Shown piece by piece: positions 63,090 to 64,000 of a stretch of DNA of 64,000 nt. The stretch comes from Amoebophrya sp. A120. Lineage: Eukaryota > Protista > Dinoflagellata. Each line of letters begins with the position of its first letter. Position 1 is the stretch's first letter. A program made the position numbers and the translations under genes. The stretch spans positions 3,238,515 through 3,302,514 of the forward strand of contig CAJINV010000002.1 of the NCBI GenBank assembly GCA_905178155.1. The letters are read 5' to 3'. The notes below the pieces were generated by a model. That model ran no database searches. It saw nothing but the letters and a program-made list of their open reading frames with translations, and was not told the origin of the DNA.

Positions 63090-64000
63090 ATGTCGCACTT
63101 AACAAGAACACAGAGTGCACGAGGCATCAGAATGCTGTCGGCTTTAATTTTGGTTCACTTTTCCGATTTAGCCACATGGGTCACGCTCTGTCACTTACTC
63201 GCTACTGGGGCCACTTCTACATCCCCAACCCTGGCTTCTACGACCTTCTTTGCAGAAGCGCGCCTCACAAGGAAAATTCAACGGAAAGTAAAGAGCGACG
63301 CTGCTGCCCATCTAGCAGCTTCTGGTGTACTAGAAGAACAGCACCACATTCACAACGGCAACGGCGCACCAACCGGCGCCAGCAGCAGCAGCGCTTCGGG
63401 TTCATCAGCCGATGTTCCTGCAGAAGTAGAAATTGTTTCCACGACGAACTTACTAAAGCGAAAAGGGCCAGACAACTTCTCTGCAGAAGCGGAGGAGTTG
63501 AGAGAGCACCAGATTCTGCAGTTGCAGTCCCAGCTTCAGGATATTGAGGAAGATGTGAAAACCAAGGCCGCCATTGTGGAAAAATTGTTGCTGGGAGACG
63601 AAACAAGTGCAGCTGTAGAGACATTGCAGCAAGAGCTACACCGGCTAGAGCAGCACCAGCAAGAGCTCTTACCGCAACTAGTGAACTTGCAAGACGAGCA
63701 ACAAGCGGAAGCTTTAAAAAAGCAAAAACGCAAGGAACTGGAAGAAATCGAGCGAGCTGAAACCATCAAACTGCAGCAGCAATTCGAATTTCTGCACGCA
63801 AGTGGTGTTTTCAACGAGTATCAAATCGTCGAAGCGGGGGGCGACGGGAATTGTGGGCTGCACAGTGTCCAATACGCTTGCAGGCAAAACCCGTTCTGTG
63901 TGGCAGGCGTGTTGTACAAATATGGAGCAGATGAGGGGCAGCAGCTGTTGAATGACGTGCAAGTCCTCCGGACGAAAATGATGGAGCGCATTCGGGACCC
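63090..64000 (+). CDS. Partial protein with hydrophobic N-terminus, coiled coil and OTU-like cysteine protease motif (runs off the window)
   Basis: Open frame from AAAATG at 63090 to the window end (absent from the ORF track): MSHLTRTQ...MLSALILVHF...; YQIVEAGGDGNCGLHSV...LRTKMMERI resembles the OTU GDGNC motif. Confidence 0.7.
   Translation, partial: MSHLTRTQSARGIRMLSALILVHFSDLATWVTLCHLLATGATSTSPTLASTTFFAEARLTRKIQRKVKSDAAAHLAASGVLEEQHHIHNGNGAPTGASSSSASGSSADVPAEVEIVSTTNLLKRKGPDNFSAEAEELREHQILQLQSQLQDIEEDVKTKAAIVEKLLLGDETSAAVETLQQELHRLEQHQQELLPQLVNLQDEQQAEALKKQKRKELEEIERAETIKLQQQFEFLHASGVFNEYQIVEAGGDGNCGLHSVQYACRQNPFCVAGVLYKYGADEGQQLLNDVQVLRTKMMERIRD

Overview
Eukaryotic genomic DNA, most consistent with an Amoebophrya-like syndinian dinoflagellate (inferred from gene content and intron style). 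It holds eight co-oriented + strand genes: an alpha/beta hydrolase, a ~1,530-aa unknown protein, a trichocyst-matrix-like coiled-coil protein, an unknown membrane protein, RPL31, CFIm25/NUDT21, a ~6,985-aa low-complexity protein and a partial OTU-like protein. The coding sequences are interrupted by 74 hand-mapped insertions. Nearly all are TA(T)...(A)TA terminal-inverted-repeat elements of 112-352 bp (about 15 families, labelled A-O here), each flanked by a 5-nt direct repeat (DR). Removing each element plus one DR restores the reading frame in every gene (spliced lengths divisible by 3), so they behave as non-canonical transposon-derived introns (introners). Only four clearly ordinary GT-AG introns were found. 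Highlights: a GCATGACA-type motif shared by unrelated families; a 2.7-kb nested double-foldback element in a coding exon, whose ends resemble a small introner family; elements drifting toward GT-AG; and a duplicated dual-guide C/D snoRNA in the RPL31 intron. All splicing is inferred from DNA only.
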